64,000 nucleotides of DNA from the NCBI GenBank assembly GCA_900088475.1, contig FLMG01000941.1:397741-461740 (forward strand), in the 5' to 3' direction. Below, piece after piece: positions 1 through 11,475 of the stretch (within the stretch, counting starts at the first letter, position 1; every line of letters starts with the position of its first letter). Origin of the DNA: Hyphochytrium catenoides (lineage: Eukaryota > Protista > Hyphochytriomycota). The notes below the pieces were generated by a model. That model did no database searches and had not been told where the DNA came from. It saw only the letters and a program-made list of their open reading frames with translations. The translations under genes and the position numbers were made by a program.

Positions 1-146
1 CCGCGGCGACTCAGCCCTTGCGCGGCGACTCACACTTGAAGGGCAGGGACCCACAACTTTGCGTGTCTTCTTCTGCCTCTCTTGCTTTTCTAAATAATGA
101 AGGACAGAGACTGGGAATGCTATGTAGGGGTGATACGAAGGACAGT

Positions 147-1371
147 CTACTCTTTGCGAAGCTTGCGGTGACGGAGAAACTGTCGGCTGGTTGATAGCGA
201 CAAAGCAGGATAGCGCGACCCGAAGAGTCCAATAGAGACCATCAGATAACCGCAAATCAGAAGAGACCACACCTGAAGCGCGAAGCGAGGGTTTGAGCGC
301 GTGAGCTTGTATGAGAGAAGCAAAAGGAAGGCGGCTTAGGGAGGACTAGGAAGCAAGGTGAATCACGAGAGAGAAGACCAAACCAGACGTATGCGTTAGA
401 CAAGGCTGAAGATCGATAGATTTTGCGGGCAAAGAGGATCCACAGGAGTTCACCTCGAGCACTATAGAGATCAAGTTCCTCAAGATCTGCTCTGTAGTGG
501 GCTTGCTGCTAGTGAACTGACCCACGATGCAAAGTCCTTCTTCAACACATTGTAGGTGGGCGTACTGCTGCACAGTGTCCGTAGTGTCCAGCACTATGAT
601 GGCTAGTACGCCCAAAGCGTATAGCCAGCGAATGAGGGTGTGCATGTTGGTCACTAGAGCGAGAGAGAAGATGAAGATAGACAGAATAGGACGAAGAAGA
701 GACGCGAAGATATCTCCATCGTAGAGAGTAGGAGCAGAGTTGCCGACTGATTGTCCACTCAGATCGAATAAAAGATAAACCTCCAGGATAATTAGAAGAA
801 TGGCGACGACCCGGATGAGCTTGATGTTCCTGGTAAAGCGGCATCAGACAGGTAGAAGAAAAAGCCGTCAGCAGGAAAGCAAGAAGACAACGCTACCAGG
901 CGAGAGAGAGAGAAACGAGAGAGAAAGCACGGAGAAGGAGGTAAGAGACAGAGAGCACTAAAGGCTTTCCCCCTTTAGAGTTCCCTCCATACCCTGAGTG
1001 TTATGCTCAAAGGTAAGACGGAGAAGAAGCCTTTGTTAAGCATTTCTGACCCTTTCCTCTCTAAACCATTCTGACCTCCTCTTAGCGGGAGGCCTTCGTC
1101 TTCGCTCGACTAACCTGATAATAAGGTCTAACTCTGCATCCTGATGCTGGGAACCCTTCGCAGCCATGACTCTGTGGTAGACTAGCATGATAAGAAAAAC
1201 AAGATAAAATCCTCCGATGCCCATGGCATAAGCAGTCAGGATTTGCAGCGATATGCTTAGAAAATCGGGGATGAGATCCCCGTCACCTTCCTCCACCATT
1301 GGCATTTGCCCTCGGTCCTCCTCGAGAACCTTAGACCAGATAAAAGAGAACAGAGGAGCAAAATCCGTCAA
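147..1371 (-). CDS. hypothetical multi-exon membrane protein (5' extent uncertain)
   Basis: Hydrophobic exon-like segments bounded by GT/AG can be read on the minus strand: NIKLIRVVAILLIILE; TNMHTLIRWLYALGVLAIIVLD...LISIVLE; VWSLLICGYLMVSIGLFG...RKE* (stop 147-149). TM-containing ORF 1036-1371 lies upstream. No family recognised. Confidence 0.4.
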
Positions 1372-2410
1372 AACGAGACGTTAGACTGGGCGATTAGGAC
1401 CAGCGTCCTCAAGCTCGGAGGAGGAGCTCTTCGAACCCATCATTGCTGACGGCATATGGATTTTCTTGCACGTCCGTTCGATATCAACGCAGTGAGTTAG
1501 GTTACGAATATGTCGATGGGCTATCGACCGCAGGAAGGAGGCATTGGTTAGATGCACTCCATCGCGGCATAGGCTGTCTTCGAGTCTGCCAATGCTTATG
1601 GAGTCAATGTTCTGGAGCTTCGACTCTGGTTCCTGGAGCTTCAACTCTGGAGCCTGGAATCTTGAGTTCGGGATGGAGTCTGGCGCCGGTTTGGCGATGA
1701 CGAAGATGGCCTTTCGAACCATCAAATTCGGAGATTTTCTTTATCCTCGGGTCATAGGGATAAAACATAGGATCCCCTAGGAGGGTAAATGCTAACTCTG
1801 GGCTCGAGGTCAACCACTATTTTCCGTCATAACCGGGCCTGCCATTCGGGTTATAATCTCTTAGCGCGTCACTTACTACGGCTGTTTACTCGAGTAAATA
1901 GTCCCGGGTCTTCGAGTGTTGATGGTGGAGAAAAGTGCTAAGGTGAGAGAGCTCAGGCCATGAAGAGACAGAGAGAACACGAATCTTTGTCGGTGGGAGA
2001 GGAGACAGAAATAGACTATAATCACAATTAGACTTACTGTGAAACAGAGTAGTAAGTAATGAAGACAGAGTCCAGTGAGATAAAGATAGCGGGAGACAGA
2101 GTAGAAGAATCAGGGTGGTGTCAGAAAGCACCTGACGGCCCAGGAGTGACAAGCTCAAGAATTCTTGCTCTTTGAAGCTCTGCAAAAATCTCTGTCTGGT
2201 GGTCTCCTTTCTCTTCCGTCCGTGAGAGCTTGGAAGAGAGAAAGAAGTGCGACACGAGAGACAGGGTGCCGGAAGGGAGAAGAATAGAGCATCAGCAGAA
2301 GCATGATGTTAGAAGGACAACAACGGACAATGATGGGCTCTGCTAGTCCCTCTTCTCTCCACAGGGAACTGCAGATTGCAGCGATGACGAAGACGCGAGA
2401 CACTCACCTC

Positions 2411-3382
2411 ATGTCTCGCTTATCATCATCCACTCCCTTCTCCTCTTCTGCTGCCATTGTGGCCTGTAGCCCGCGTTCTGCTGCTCCAAATTCTGAGTCC
2501 CCCGTGGCGAAAATTGTCATCGGAGGTGGGCTGACACTGGTCTTTGAATTCTTCATTGGACATCCACTAGAGTTTACAAAGATCGGCAAACAGACGACCA
2601 ACCTGCCTTATCCTCGAGTCATCAGCAACATTATCAGCAAGAAGGGCTTTGTCGGCATCTGGGATGGCTTCTTCCCCTGGGGTGCAGTGCAATCTCTAGC
2701 TAAGGGGGCCGTCTTTGGGGGTGCTCACGCCTTCACCAGGAAAGCTCTGGCACCTTATGTTCAAAAGGGCTACATCTCTGATGGCACCTCGCAGGTTATT
2801 TCAGGAGGAATAGGAGGCGGCTTTCAGGGCTTTGTTCTTAGCCCTACACTGCTGTTGAAGACTCGTGTCATGACGGATCCGGTCTTCCGTAAGGACATGA
2901 CAATGCTCCAGACTTCAGTCAAGGCAACGACGGTGGGAATGAGAGTCATCAAAGAGGAAGGCGTGAGAGCGCTCATGAAGGGAAGTGGCATGTTTGCTTT
3001 CAAGAGAGTGCTTGACTGGTCTTCTCGCTTCTACTTCTCCGTCTGGACGGAGAATATCCTTTATAAACGACATGACAAGCATAGGAAGCTCACTGTCGGA
3101 CAACAGACGACCGCCTCTCTTATCGGAGGTACCTTCAGCGCTGTGTTGACCATTCCTTTCGACGTTATGGTCTCTCAGATTCAGCAGACAGCCAAAGCGG
3201 GGCAGAAAGTCAGCGTTATTGGGCTACTGAAGGAGCAGACCGGGAGCGCAGGTGGCATGAAGAGCACGCTTGAGTTTGTAACACGGGGTTTCGTTCCTAG
3301 ATTGGCGCATGTGGCACTCACAACGGCGCTACTAAAGACTGCGTCCAGCGCTGTCTATGATATGTATCAAGACTCACAGTAA
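2411..3382 (+). CDS. mitochondrial carrier protein, YHM2/Coc1-like citrate-oxoglutarate carrier (intronless; upstream in-frame ATG at 2303)
   Basis: Three degenerate Px[DE]xxK repeats (GHPLEFTK, SPTLLLKTR, IPFDVMVSQ). GIWDGFFPWGAVQSLAKGAV and RVLDWSSRF resemble yeast Yhm2 [20 protein letters not shown] and RQMTNWGSRF as recalled. Confidence 0.85.
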   Translation: MSRLSSSTPFSSSAAIVACSPRSAAPNSESPVAKIVIGGGLTLVFEFFIGHPLEFTKIGKQTTNLPYPRVISNIISKKGFVGIWDGFFPWGAVQSLAKGAVFGGAHAFTRKALAPYVQKGYISDGTSQVISGGIGGGFQGFVLSPTLLLKTRVMTDPVFRKDMTMLQTSVKATTVGMRVIKEEGVRALMKGSGMFAFKRVLDWSSRFYFSVWTENILYKRHDKHRKLTVGQQTTASLIGGTFSAVLTIPFDVMVSQIQQTAKAGQKVSVIGLLKEQTGSAGGMKSTLEFVTRGFVPRLAHVALTTALLKTASSAVYDMYQDSQ

Positions 3383-3435
3383 AGCATAAAATAAAGTACG
3401 AATAGCTTGCTGCTTGTGCGTCTCTCTTTCTTTGT

Positions 3436-3540
3436 CTCTCTGTCTATTTGTTTCTCTACTCCTAGCGCTGTGCTGGCCTTGTGCTGTCTCTTTCATAGTC
3501 TCTCTGTCTATTTGTTTCTCTACTCCTAGCGCTGTGCTGT
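3436..3540. repeat. ~40-bp direct repeat between the convergent 3' ends of the carrier and eIF3j genes
   Basis: tctctctgtctatttgtttctctactcctagcgctgtgctg occurs twice (~3436 and ~3499). Confidence 0.8.
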
Positions 3541-3827
3541 CTGGCCCATCCTATCCTTTTATAGGGTAAGGTATTTTGCAATCTCTCTGCTTCAATGGAT
3601 TTGACCGCTTTTTTTAGTGGTTCGACCTGTACTCGTCTTCTCTCCTACTTCTGCTGGTGATGCTGTCATGGCCACGCAGTCGTCAATGTTCCCTATCTAT
3701 CAGTCAACAGCCAGTCTCCGTCATTCCTCTTGTCAGGGGGAAGAGGAAGTAGAGGCCCATGGCTTTCCTTTTCCATTCCCGCCTCTCCTCTCGTTAGGTC
3801 TCTCTGCTGCCTGTAGAGCTAGGGACC

Positions 3828-6105
3828 TCACATAAAGTCATCATATTCGTCGTATTCGAAGGCCCCCGTCTCTGCAGCGTTAAAGGCATCGCCTCTCTCA
3901 ATCTTGGTGAACCCGCCCTTCCCGGCTGGGCCCTTCTTCTTCTTGCCCTTGGGCTTCGCCTTGGCCATCTTGTCGTTCTGGATTACCTGATATAACAGAA
4001 AAGGCAATTTGCTTAGGATCCTTAAACCACGCCAAGAGTTGAGAAGCGGGGTAGGTACAGATCCTCGGCACCACCAAGAAGTGAAGCATCAGTGGAGGAC
4101 ATCAGTAATAGTGAGGAGAGGAAGGGACTAAACGTCCGCGGGCCAAAGCTAACACATACAACTTGTTCCTTACATTCAGAACTGTCACTACGTCTTTAAT
4201 GTCATCCACCGTAAGGCTTCCTTCCACCTACATGCCACGCCATGAGAAGCTTCGTGAGAAGAAAGGAGGTCTCCCAGAGGCAACTGTCTCAAACGTCCAA
4301 TAAGATAAGCTTAGGACGAGGAAGGGAGTGGAAGGAACCCATACGGGAGGAAAGCACTCGCAGCAAGGAATACGAGTCTACCTTTCGGATGAGCTCCTTC
4401 AGAAAATCCATAATAAATCGCTGGTTCTGCAGATAAAAGAGAGACTCTGTAAGTCCGCTGAAGGGTGGATGGTGCATGCAAGAAGGGCAGCTCACGGCAC
4501 AGCGATGGCGCAAGGTGAAGGCAAAACAGAGCTTAAGCAGTATCTAACGACATAGAGAAAGAGGAGATGATAGCGAAAAAAGCCCGAGATCATAGCTAAA
4601 TTATCCAGTTGTTTGACTAGCAGTGTTCGATCTGACACGAGCAGAAGACTTGAACACCCATGGAAGAGTAAAGAAGAGAATTGAGCAAGAGAGACAACGA
4701 CGCAACCAGAACTTCGACGCCCAGTACTCACCCCCTTAGTCAGCTTAGATGCCAGCAGCTCTGCAACCTTCTCATAGTCCGCAAGCGACACCATACGAAG
4801 CTTTGTGATGGCCACCTCCAGCTCCTCTCCCGGAACATTTTCTTCCTCTGAAGGCATAGAAAGAGACATAAGGATGTCAACAAATTTGCCAAGCGTAGAT
4901 CTAAAACAAGGCAGACGTCCCGCCACCGGTGGCTTGCACGAGCAGTGAAAATTGATAATAGAGCAAACTACTGAGACAAACCGTTCCAACCGTTCACTGT
5001 CCTCCGTGCTCACCTTTCGTAGGCTTGGCTGCAAAGAGATCTTGAGCGCTGTCTAAGTCTGCTTCCTCTGCTAGCCGTTTCTCTCTTGCGCGTCTATCTT
5101 CCACACTCTCTTCCGCCTTTTGCTCCTTTGAATGTAAAACAGACGGTACTATGAGGGTCACGAGCGAACTTGATGGAAGAAACGACGACGGGATGGGAGA
5201 GCTGCTCACCTCCAGTCTCCGCTTTGCGATGGCTTCTTCCTGTTTACGCTTCAACTCCGCCTCCTTCTGTTTCATCTTCTTGATCTATGGATTAAGAGCA
5301 AGTAAATCAGATACAGCCAGCGCTAAGCGGGTGAAGAGGATGAGGTCAAAAGGAAGAAGCCCAAAGCCCTGAGACACGATACGCCTGATAGAGAAGAGAG
5401 AGAGAGATGTAGTGCGCTAAGAACACAGCAAAGAAGAAGAGGCAAGGACGAAGCTTAGAGAACAGGACTGAGGAGGAGGCTGAGGAGGAAGCAGATCCCA
5501 CCTGCTTGGGCTTTAGGGGACCTGCAGAAGCTTTGGGAGCCTCCTGGACCTCTTCCTCCTCTTCCTCATCCTCCCAAGAGGCAGGAACCTTCACTTCCTC
5601 CTTTGTAAGACTGGGGGTTGGTAAAGAACAATGTCAGTTCCTCTCTCAAGCATAGTTTAACCTTTCGATGCCTTTCTTTATCGCAAAGAAACGCTGGCCT
5701 GGCGTCTCTCAACAGACAGGACTCCTCCTCTCTGTCTCTTCCCTCTCTCCTCACTTCAAAGTCTTTTAGCTTTCCTCTCCCAGCAGGCTCGGTCTCTTCT
5801 TATCCCTCGCTCCCTCTCATGATTCAAGGGTCTCGTCCCCATTCTATCTAGGGAACGTACACTGGCACCTCGAAGCCATCGTCGTCTGCAGTGCAAAAGC
5901 GATGGAGGAAGGAAAACATCGTGTTAGCCCGAGAAAGATTGACAACAAATCGAAGAAAGAGAGACACCGACTGATCGCCAACTGGACGAGTCACGAATAG
6001 GAGAGAGACAGAGAAAAGAATAAGATAAAAAGAAACAAAAGGCATAGAGCGGAGCTGGGGCACTTTCTTCATAGGAAGAAGGCAAGACTAACCCCAAGAA
6101 TCCAT
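3828..6105 (-). CDS. EIF3J: eukaryotic translation initiation factor 3 subunit J (about 9 exons)
   Basis: Spliced reading MDSW|DDDGFEVPV|LTKEEVKVPASWEDEEEE...|...KRLAEEADLDSAQDLF...|...LTVDDIKDVVTVLN|VIQNDKMAKAKPKGKKKK...YDEYDDFM*. The acidic-Trp N-terminus, EEADL..AxDLF and the YDDFM C-terminus are typical of eIF3j. Confidence 0.9.
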
Positions 6106-6589
6106 CTTTGCAAAGGCTTTGTCCGCTCTCTCCTTCTCGACTCTTAAGTCTCCCTTCTTTTGTCACTGCTCTGATAAGGGTTATTCAGCTACTGCTGATG
6201 CCTGAATCTTCCAATAACTCTTGACCGAGCAACGGAGGAGAAGCTCAATTGAGATTGCTACCGCTTGTCGTCGATGCTCCCTAGCCACGGCGTTTGCTTT
6301 TGCACTCCGCTTTGTTTGAGAGCCAACCAATGCCAAGGCGCGGGCAAGGAAGCTGATGGGCAAGACAGGCTGAAGCGAGACAGAGCGGGCGGCAAGTCTT
6401 CAGAAGGCAACAGACGGCTGCGATGTGGGCAGACGGCACTTGTTAGAGTCTGACGGGCACCAATGTAGAGACCGCAAGGGCGATGAGCTCCAAGAGGATG
6501 ATGAGAAAGCCACAGAGAGGAAGAGGATGGAGCATGCGAGACATAGACAACAGAGGCATGAAAGCCGCTTGTAAAAAGCTGGAGGACAG

Positions 6590-6591
6590 GA

Positions 6592-6633
<42 letters not shown>

Positions 6634-6691
6634 CACGAGAAAGAGTGAGTGTGTGTCAGAGAGAGAAAGAGAGAAAGAGAGAGAGAGAGAG

Positions 6692-6739
<48 letters not shown>

Positions 6740-6765
6740 AAGAGAGAGACAAAGAGAGAGAGAGG
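6590..6765. repeat. (GA)n microsatellite
   Basis: Long GA dinucleotide run seen directly. Confidence 0.95.
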
Positions 6766-8205
6766 AGTCAGAAGCTGATCACTCCCTCAGCCCTCAGTTT
6801 TGGCCTGACCACTCGCTCTCACACTCTTCACTCTTTACCGGCATAATAATCCAGAATATCTTGCTCAGGTTCTAAATGAAAGCATTACATTGAGAATAGT
6901 ATAGTACTCCGGAGTAATATTGTTGTGCGACGTTGCGCGCTGTACAGCGTGTATGCGTTACCGTTAACAGTAGCGGTGGTCCCATTGCAAGGACTCAATT
7001 CGGCTCGGCAGAAACCATAGATCTATTCAGGGCCACCTTGTCTTCAAACCCCTAGTCTTTGAAATTCTCTATGTCTCAAGGAAAGGAAAGTGGTTCCTTA
7101 GACAGGTTGAATATATAATCTATGGATAAGACAGGTGGGACTCTGGTGTGGAAGGTCCATCATCATTCTCGGCTGTGCAGGTGCAAAAGCTCAAAGCTCT
7201 TTCGATAAGATCTTCATCATCCCTCATCAGAGATTTATTTATAAAGAGTGGCGCCAGGAGGTCAGCGGCCGCTCCGCTCATCAACAGCAGAGCTGAGAGG
7301 AAGAGACGGAAGGGGACCCTGCCTCGCTTCTCCCAGGAGCAGCTGGCAGCAGCAGCTGCTGAGAGGAAAGAGGAAAACCAAGCGTGAGAGAGAGGGAGAG
7401 ACTTCGTCGAGGAGGAACAGACAAGGTCCAGTCCTTCCTATTACCTAGTTCCTAGCGACTGCCTTTCTGGTTAAACCTTAGACCGATCGTACGGCTTCTT
7501 CTTCCTTCGCGGGCCCCCCCCCCACCCGCCCACCCGGCCAACCCTAACCTTCTCGTGCTGCCTGCTGCGGGCGCCGAACGAGGAGTCTGATCTTGCAGGT
7601 GGTGGGAGATCTCCTCACTAAATCCATGTGCTCCCTACCTGCTTGCCTATCTGATGCCCCCTTCTTCTTTACCCTCTTACGCGGCATCCCTAGCCTTTTC
7701 CCTTACACTACTACTGCTGCCCTCTGCGGACTCAGGATCGGACGCTGTAGCAGTCCTCCCTGCTGCTGCTGCTGTCTGGGAAATAAGTAACCCTTGCAGC
7801 CAGAGAGCATCTTTTCCGCGGCGTGTGGAGCAACCCGGCCGCCAGTCAACAACTGGATAATAGTTTCCGCTGACATAAAGCAAAGATTCTACTTTGAAGC
7901 TCGTTTTTGGGCCAAGGCTGTGGCGCCAGCATCACAGCTCAAGGCGGATCCAAAGGTTATGATTAGTCCTTGTTCCTTTTGTGATTTTCCTTAGTAGGGG
8001 AGAATTGCCAGCCTCGTGCCGTTCAACCGGTCTTTGCTCTCCATCCAAGCTCTCCGCAAGCAGCAACGCGCTCTCTTTGTTGCCGGTTGCGCAGTGTTTT
8101 CTATTCGGGTCTCATCGTTGCTTTGTCATCTCTCCTGCTGCCTGTTCGACCACCCTTCCCATCGCTCTGCTTCTCCCTTCGTGGCTGTTCTTGTCAGCAG
8201 GTATC

Positions 8206-9558
8206 ATGAACGACAAAGATAGCAACCGCGGATACGTTTACGATGTCGTCATCGTGGGTGGAAGCTTCGCTGGACTAAGCGCCGCACTCATACTGGCGCG
8301 GTGCAACCGGCACGTCCTGGTTGTCGACGAGTCCGGCTCCTCTGGCGAGACGTCCAGGAACTATGCGGCCAAGATAGTCCACGGCTTTCTCACGCACGTG
8401 GATCCCACATCTCCCAAAGACCTGCTGGCCCGGGGAAAGAGGCAAATCTCTGCCTATCCGAATGTCCAGTTCATGACAGGGTTGGCCGTGAAAGTCTGCA
8501 AGGCTCAGATGGAGATAGAGAGAGTCGATGCTACGGAGGAGCTGGAGAGGAGACTGTCTTCTGAAGGAAGGCCAGAGGCGAGAACAACTTCCGCGGGAGA
8601 GGAAATGCGTCTGCGTAAGCCATTCTTTATGTGCAAGATGAGAGATCTTCTAACTCAGCCAGGCGAGAACGACGCGTGGAATGGCCCGAGGGATGATAAA
8701 ACAAAGGACGAGAAGAGCAAAGTAGCGTCAGGAGAGGGAGAAGAGAAAGTTATTATTCACAATGGCTTCGAGGTGAACGTTGTAGCTGGGGAAAGATCTG
8801 GCGCCCAGACAAAGGCAGAGGACAGCGGCGACAAGGAAGCAAAGGAGGAGCGCTACGAAGTGTACACGCGCAAAGTCATCTTCGCTACGGGCGTCAAGGA
8901 TGTTCTCCCTACTGAGATTCCAAAGTTTGACCAGTTTTACGGCAATGGCGTGTGGCATTGCCCTGTATGTGACGCTTTTGGTTATATTAACGAGCCAGTG
9001 GGCGTTTATGGGACGGACGACGCGGCGGAGGAAGCAGCGCAGATGGCCTATGAGATCCTTATTTGGACCAATAACGTGACTCTCTTCACGAATGGGATGA
9101 CAGAGCTGTCGGAGAAGGTCCAAAATATGTTGAGACGCCGTCCAGAGATTCGAGTGATATATTCCAAGATTATAGACTTGATCGGCGACGAGGAAGAGGG
9201 CGAAGTGAAACAGGATGGAAAGGAGAGTCAACTCAAAAAGGTCGTCGTAGAAGACAGACTGGACGACGGCTCAACTACCTGGGAGGCCATTCCTTGTCAC
9301 GCTCTCTTCTTCAGCACAGGGAGAGTCCAGGCACCTACGATAGACTATGAGAAGCTGGGCTGCAAGCTGGACAAGAAGGGCGACATCGAGTGCCTTGAAA
9401 CAGGGACTTGCAAGGGCGTGGAGGGACTTTATTTCGCTGGGAACGCTACTACGCGAAGGCTAATGATGGTGGCTAGTGCGGTGGGAAATGGGGCGACGGT
9501 AGGCTTTCAGGCCAACACTGACCTCATGCATGAGGACATTGAAGAAGAGATGAAGTGA
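8206..9558 (+). CDS. NAD(P)/FAD-dependent oxidoreductase, thioredoxin-reductase-like (TrxB/GliT-type), intronless
   Basis: YDVVIVGGSFAGLSAALILAR FAD-binding motif, RN...HGFLT, VIFATGVKDVLP, redox CxxC in WHCPVCD and C-terminal GLYFAGN. ATG at 8206; the longer ORF start is low-complexity upstream sequence. Confidence 0.85.
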   Translation: MNDKDSNRGYVYDVVIVGGSFAGLSAALILARCNRHVLVVDESGSSGETSRNYAAKIVHGFLTHVDPTSPKDLLARGKRQISAYPNVQFMTGLAVKVCKAQMEIERVDATEELERRLSSEGRPEARTTSAGEEMRLRKPFFMCKMRDLLTQPGENDAWNGPRDDKTKDEKSKVASGEGEEKVIIHNGFEVNVVAGERSGAQTKAEDSGDKEAKEERYEVYTRKVIFATGVKDVLPTEIPKFDQFYGNGVWHCPVCDAFGYINEPVGVYGTDDAAEEAAQMAYEILIWTNNVTLFTNGMTELSEKVQNMLRRRPEIRVIYSKIIDLIGDEEEGEVKQDGKESQLKKVVVEDRLDDGSTTWEAIPCHALFFSTGRVQAPTIDYEKLGCKLDKKGDIECLETGTCKGVEGLYFAGNATTRRLMMVASAVGNGATVGFQANTDLMHEDIEEEMK

Positions 9559-10579
9559 CGGTGGTCTTTCTCTCCGTTCTCTCCCCCGGGCGAGTCACCT
9601 CTCACTCGTTTCTCCGTCTTCAATGGCTCATATCCACTATGGCACACCTTACTGTTCTGATTATCTTGTCCCTACCAAACCCTCCTACGCCTATGGTTCT
9701 TCCTTTCTCTGTCTCATCCTCTTCTCCTCGATCCCTCACTTCCTGCGTCTACTTTCCTGGTGTGACGCTCTGAATGTCATCCTCCTTAATCCTCTTTACC
9801 CTCTTTCTCGCTCTCTTTCTCTTCGTTTGGAGGATGACACACGATTAGCCTCCGGCTCCTGCGCTTCTTTCTCGTGGAGTCAGTAGGAGGATAGAGAGAT
9901 AGCCTGTACCACTTTACAACGTCTTTGATAATGGGAATAGGCTTTCCTTCCTCTCAACTAATGACCTCCCTTCACCAAGCTGTGCACCAGGATACGGCAC
10001 TACCCGCACCTCGACAAGTACTCCGGAGTAAGCGCCGGTCTCGGCCAAGGAATATAAGACTATCAGAGCCGGGGAAAAGAATCTAAATGCCCTTGCAACC
10101 TATTCAAAGAAGAGAACGTCTTTCTCAGTCATGGTCCTTTCATTGGGTCCAGCATCTTTCTTTAAACGTTGTCAGACCTCTGTCCACTAGCATCTCACTC
10201 AGCTCGATTCCACCACTGCTCTCTCTATCAGCAGCCCTTGCCTATAGTTCTATCGACCCTGTCCCTTCCTCTTCTTCCCTACCTAGTCAGCTTCATTCAC
10301 CACATACAGCAGATCTACTCTTCCTCTCTCTCTCTTCTCCCAGTCAATGCTCAGGACTCTCTTCTCTCTCTCTCTTGGTCCATCTGTTTCCCCGGGGGTC
10401 GATGTTCCTGGAGCCCAAGTCATAACAAAGCTAAGCAAAGCAAGCAGCTCCCAATTACGGTCCGTTACCGAATGAAAGATTCAGTAATGAAAAACACAGC
10501 TTTCTTTTCAGGGCCATTAAATACTAAGAGTGGGAGCAGCATGAAATGTTTCACTACGTCGTCCTGCAAAAAAAAGGTC

Positions 10580-10850
10580 TTTCCCTTCCCCTTCTGTTTC
10601 TCTCTGTCTCTTTTTCGCTCTCTCTCTCTCTCACACACACTCTTTCTCTCTCTTTTTCTCTCTTTCTCTTTCTCTCTCTCTCTCACACTCTTACTCTCTC
10701 TCTCACACTCTCTCTGCCCCTCCCTCCCTCCCCCTCTCTTCCATTTTTTGTCTCTCCAGTCTCTGTCTTCCGTGCCTTTCACCTCTCTCTCGCTCTCTCT
10801 TCACGCCAATAGCGCGCTGCTCCTCTTCTTCCTTCCTCTTCTCTTCGGTC
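10580..10850. repeat. (CT)n-rich low-complexity microsatellite
   Basis: CT dinucleotide/pyrimidine run seen directly. Confidence 0.9.
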
Positions 10851-11475
10851 ACTCTTACATTGCCTGACGCTTCTTCATCGAAGAGAGGAGCGGCGTTCCT
10901 TCTTCTTCTTGGCCTCTACCCTGCCTCTTCACATTCTCTTCTTGTCTTCTGTGCTACTTTCGTCATGGACATCTGAACTCTCAACCTCCTCTCGCTTCTT
11001 CTTCTGATGGGCTGAAACCCCCACGACGTCTGACAGGGCTTGGAGGCCTGCCAGTCAGCCGGACGGTGGTACTTTCCCATCTCGACCCTGGCCGGTCGAT
11101 GGAGTGGCTGTTAGGAAGCCATTGGCTTGCCAGCAATCTGTCTCAACTGAGAGATTCTGCCACTGCTTTCTCATATCTATTATCTATCGAGTACATCTCT
11201 CACCAACTCTTTCTCTTCACAATATAGCTTTAGCCCCCCTCTCTCTCTCTCTACCTGCATAGTACTCACGTCCCCTCGTCGGTCTCGTCCACCTCTGAGG
11301 ATTCAACCTCTTAGCATCTCGTTGCCACTTTCTCTGAACTGTGCGTAGGGGCGGAGACCGTATGGGACGTCGATAGGAAGAAGGGCTGATCATCTCTATC
11401 AACTCTCCTCGCCTCCTCTTCTTCACTCTTTCTCTCTCTCTCTCTCTCTCTCATTCTGAACCCTTAGTGATCACA

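Noticed and set aside
6258-6875. SLSLSL/ERERER ORFs (also ~10169-10867, ~25721-26173, ~50297-50651)
   Set aside because: Translations of GA/CT microsatellites.
7510-7550. C-rich tract with aaccctaacc (telomere-like or G-quadruplex)
   Set aside because: Single unit, not an array; no supporting context.
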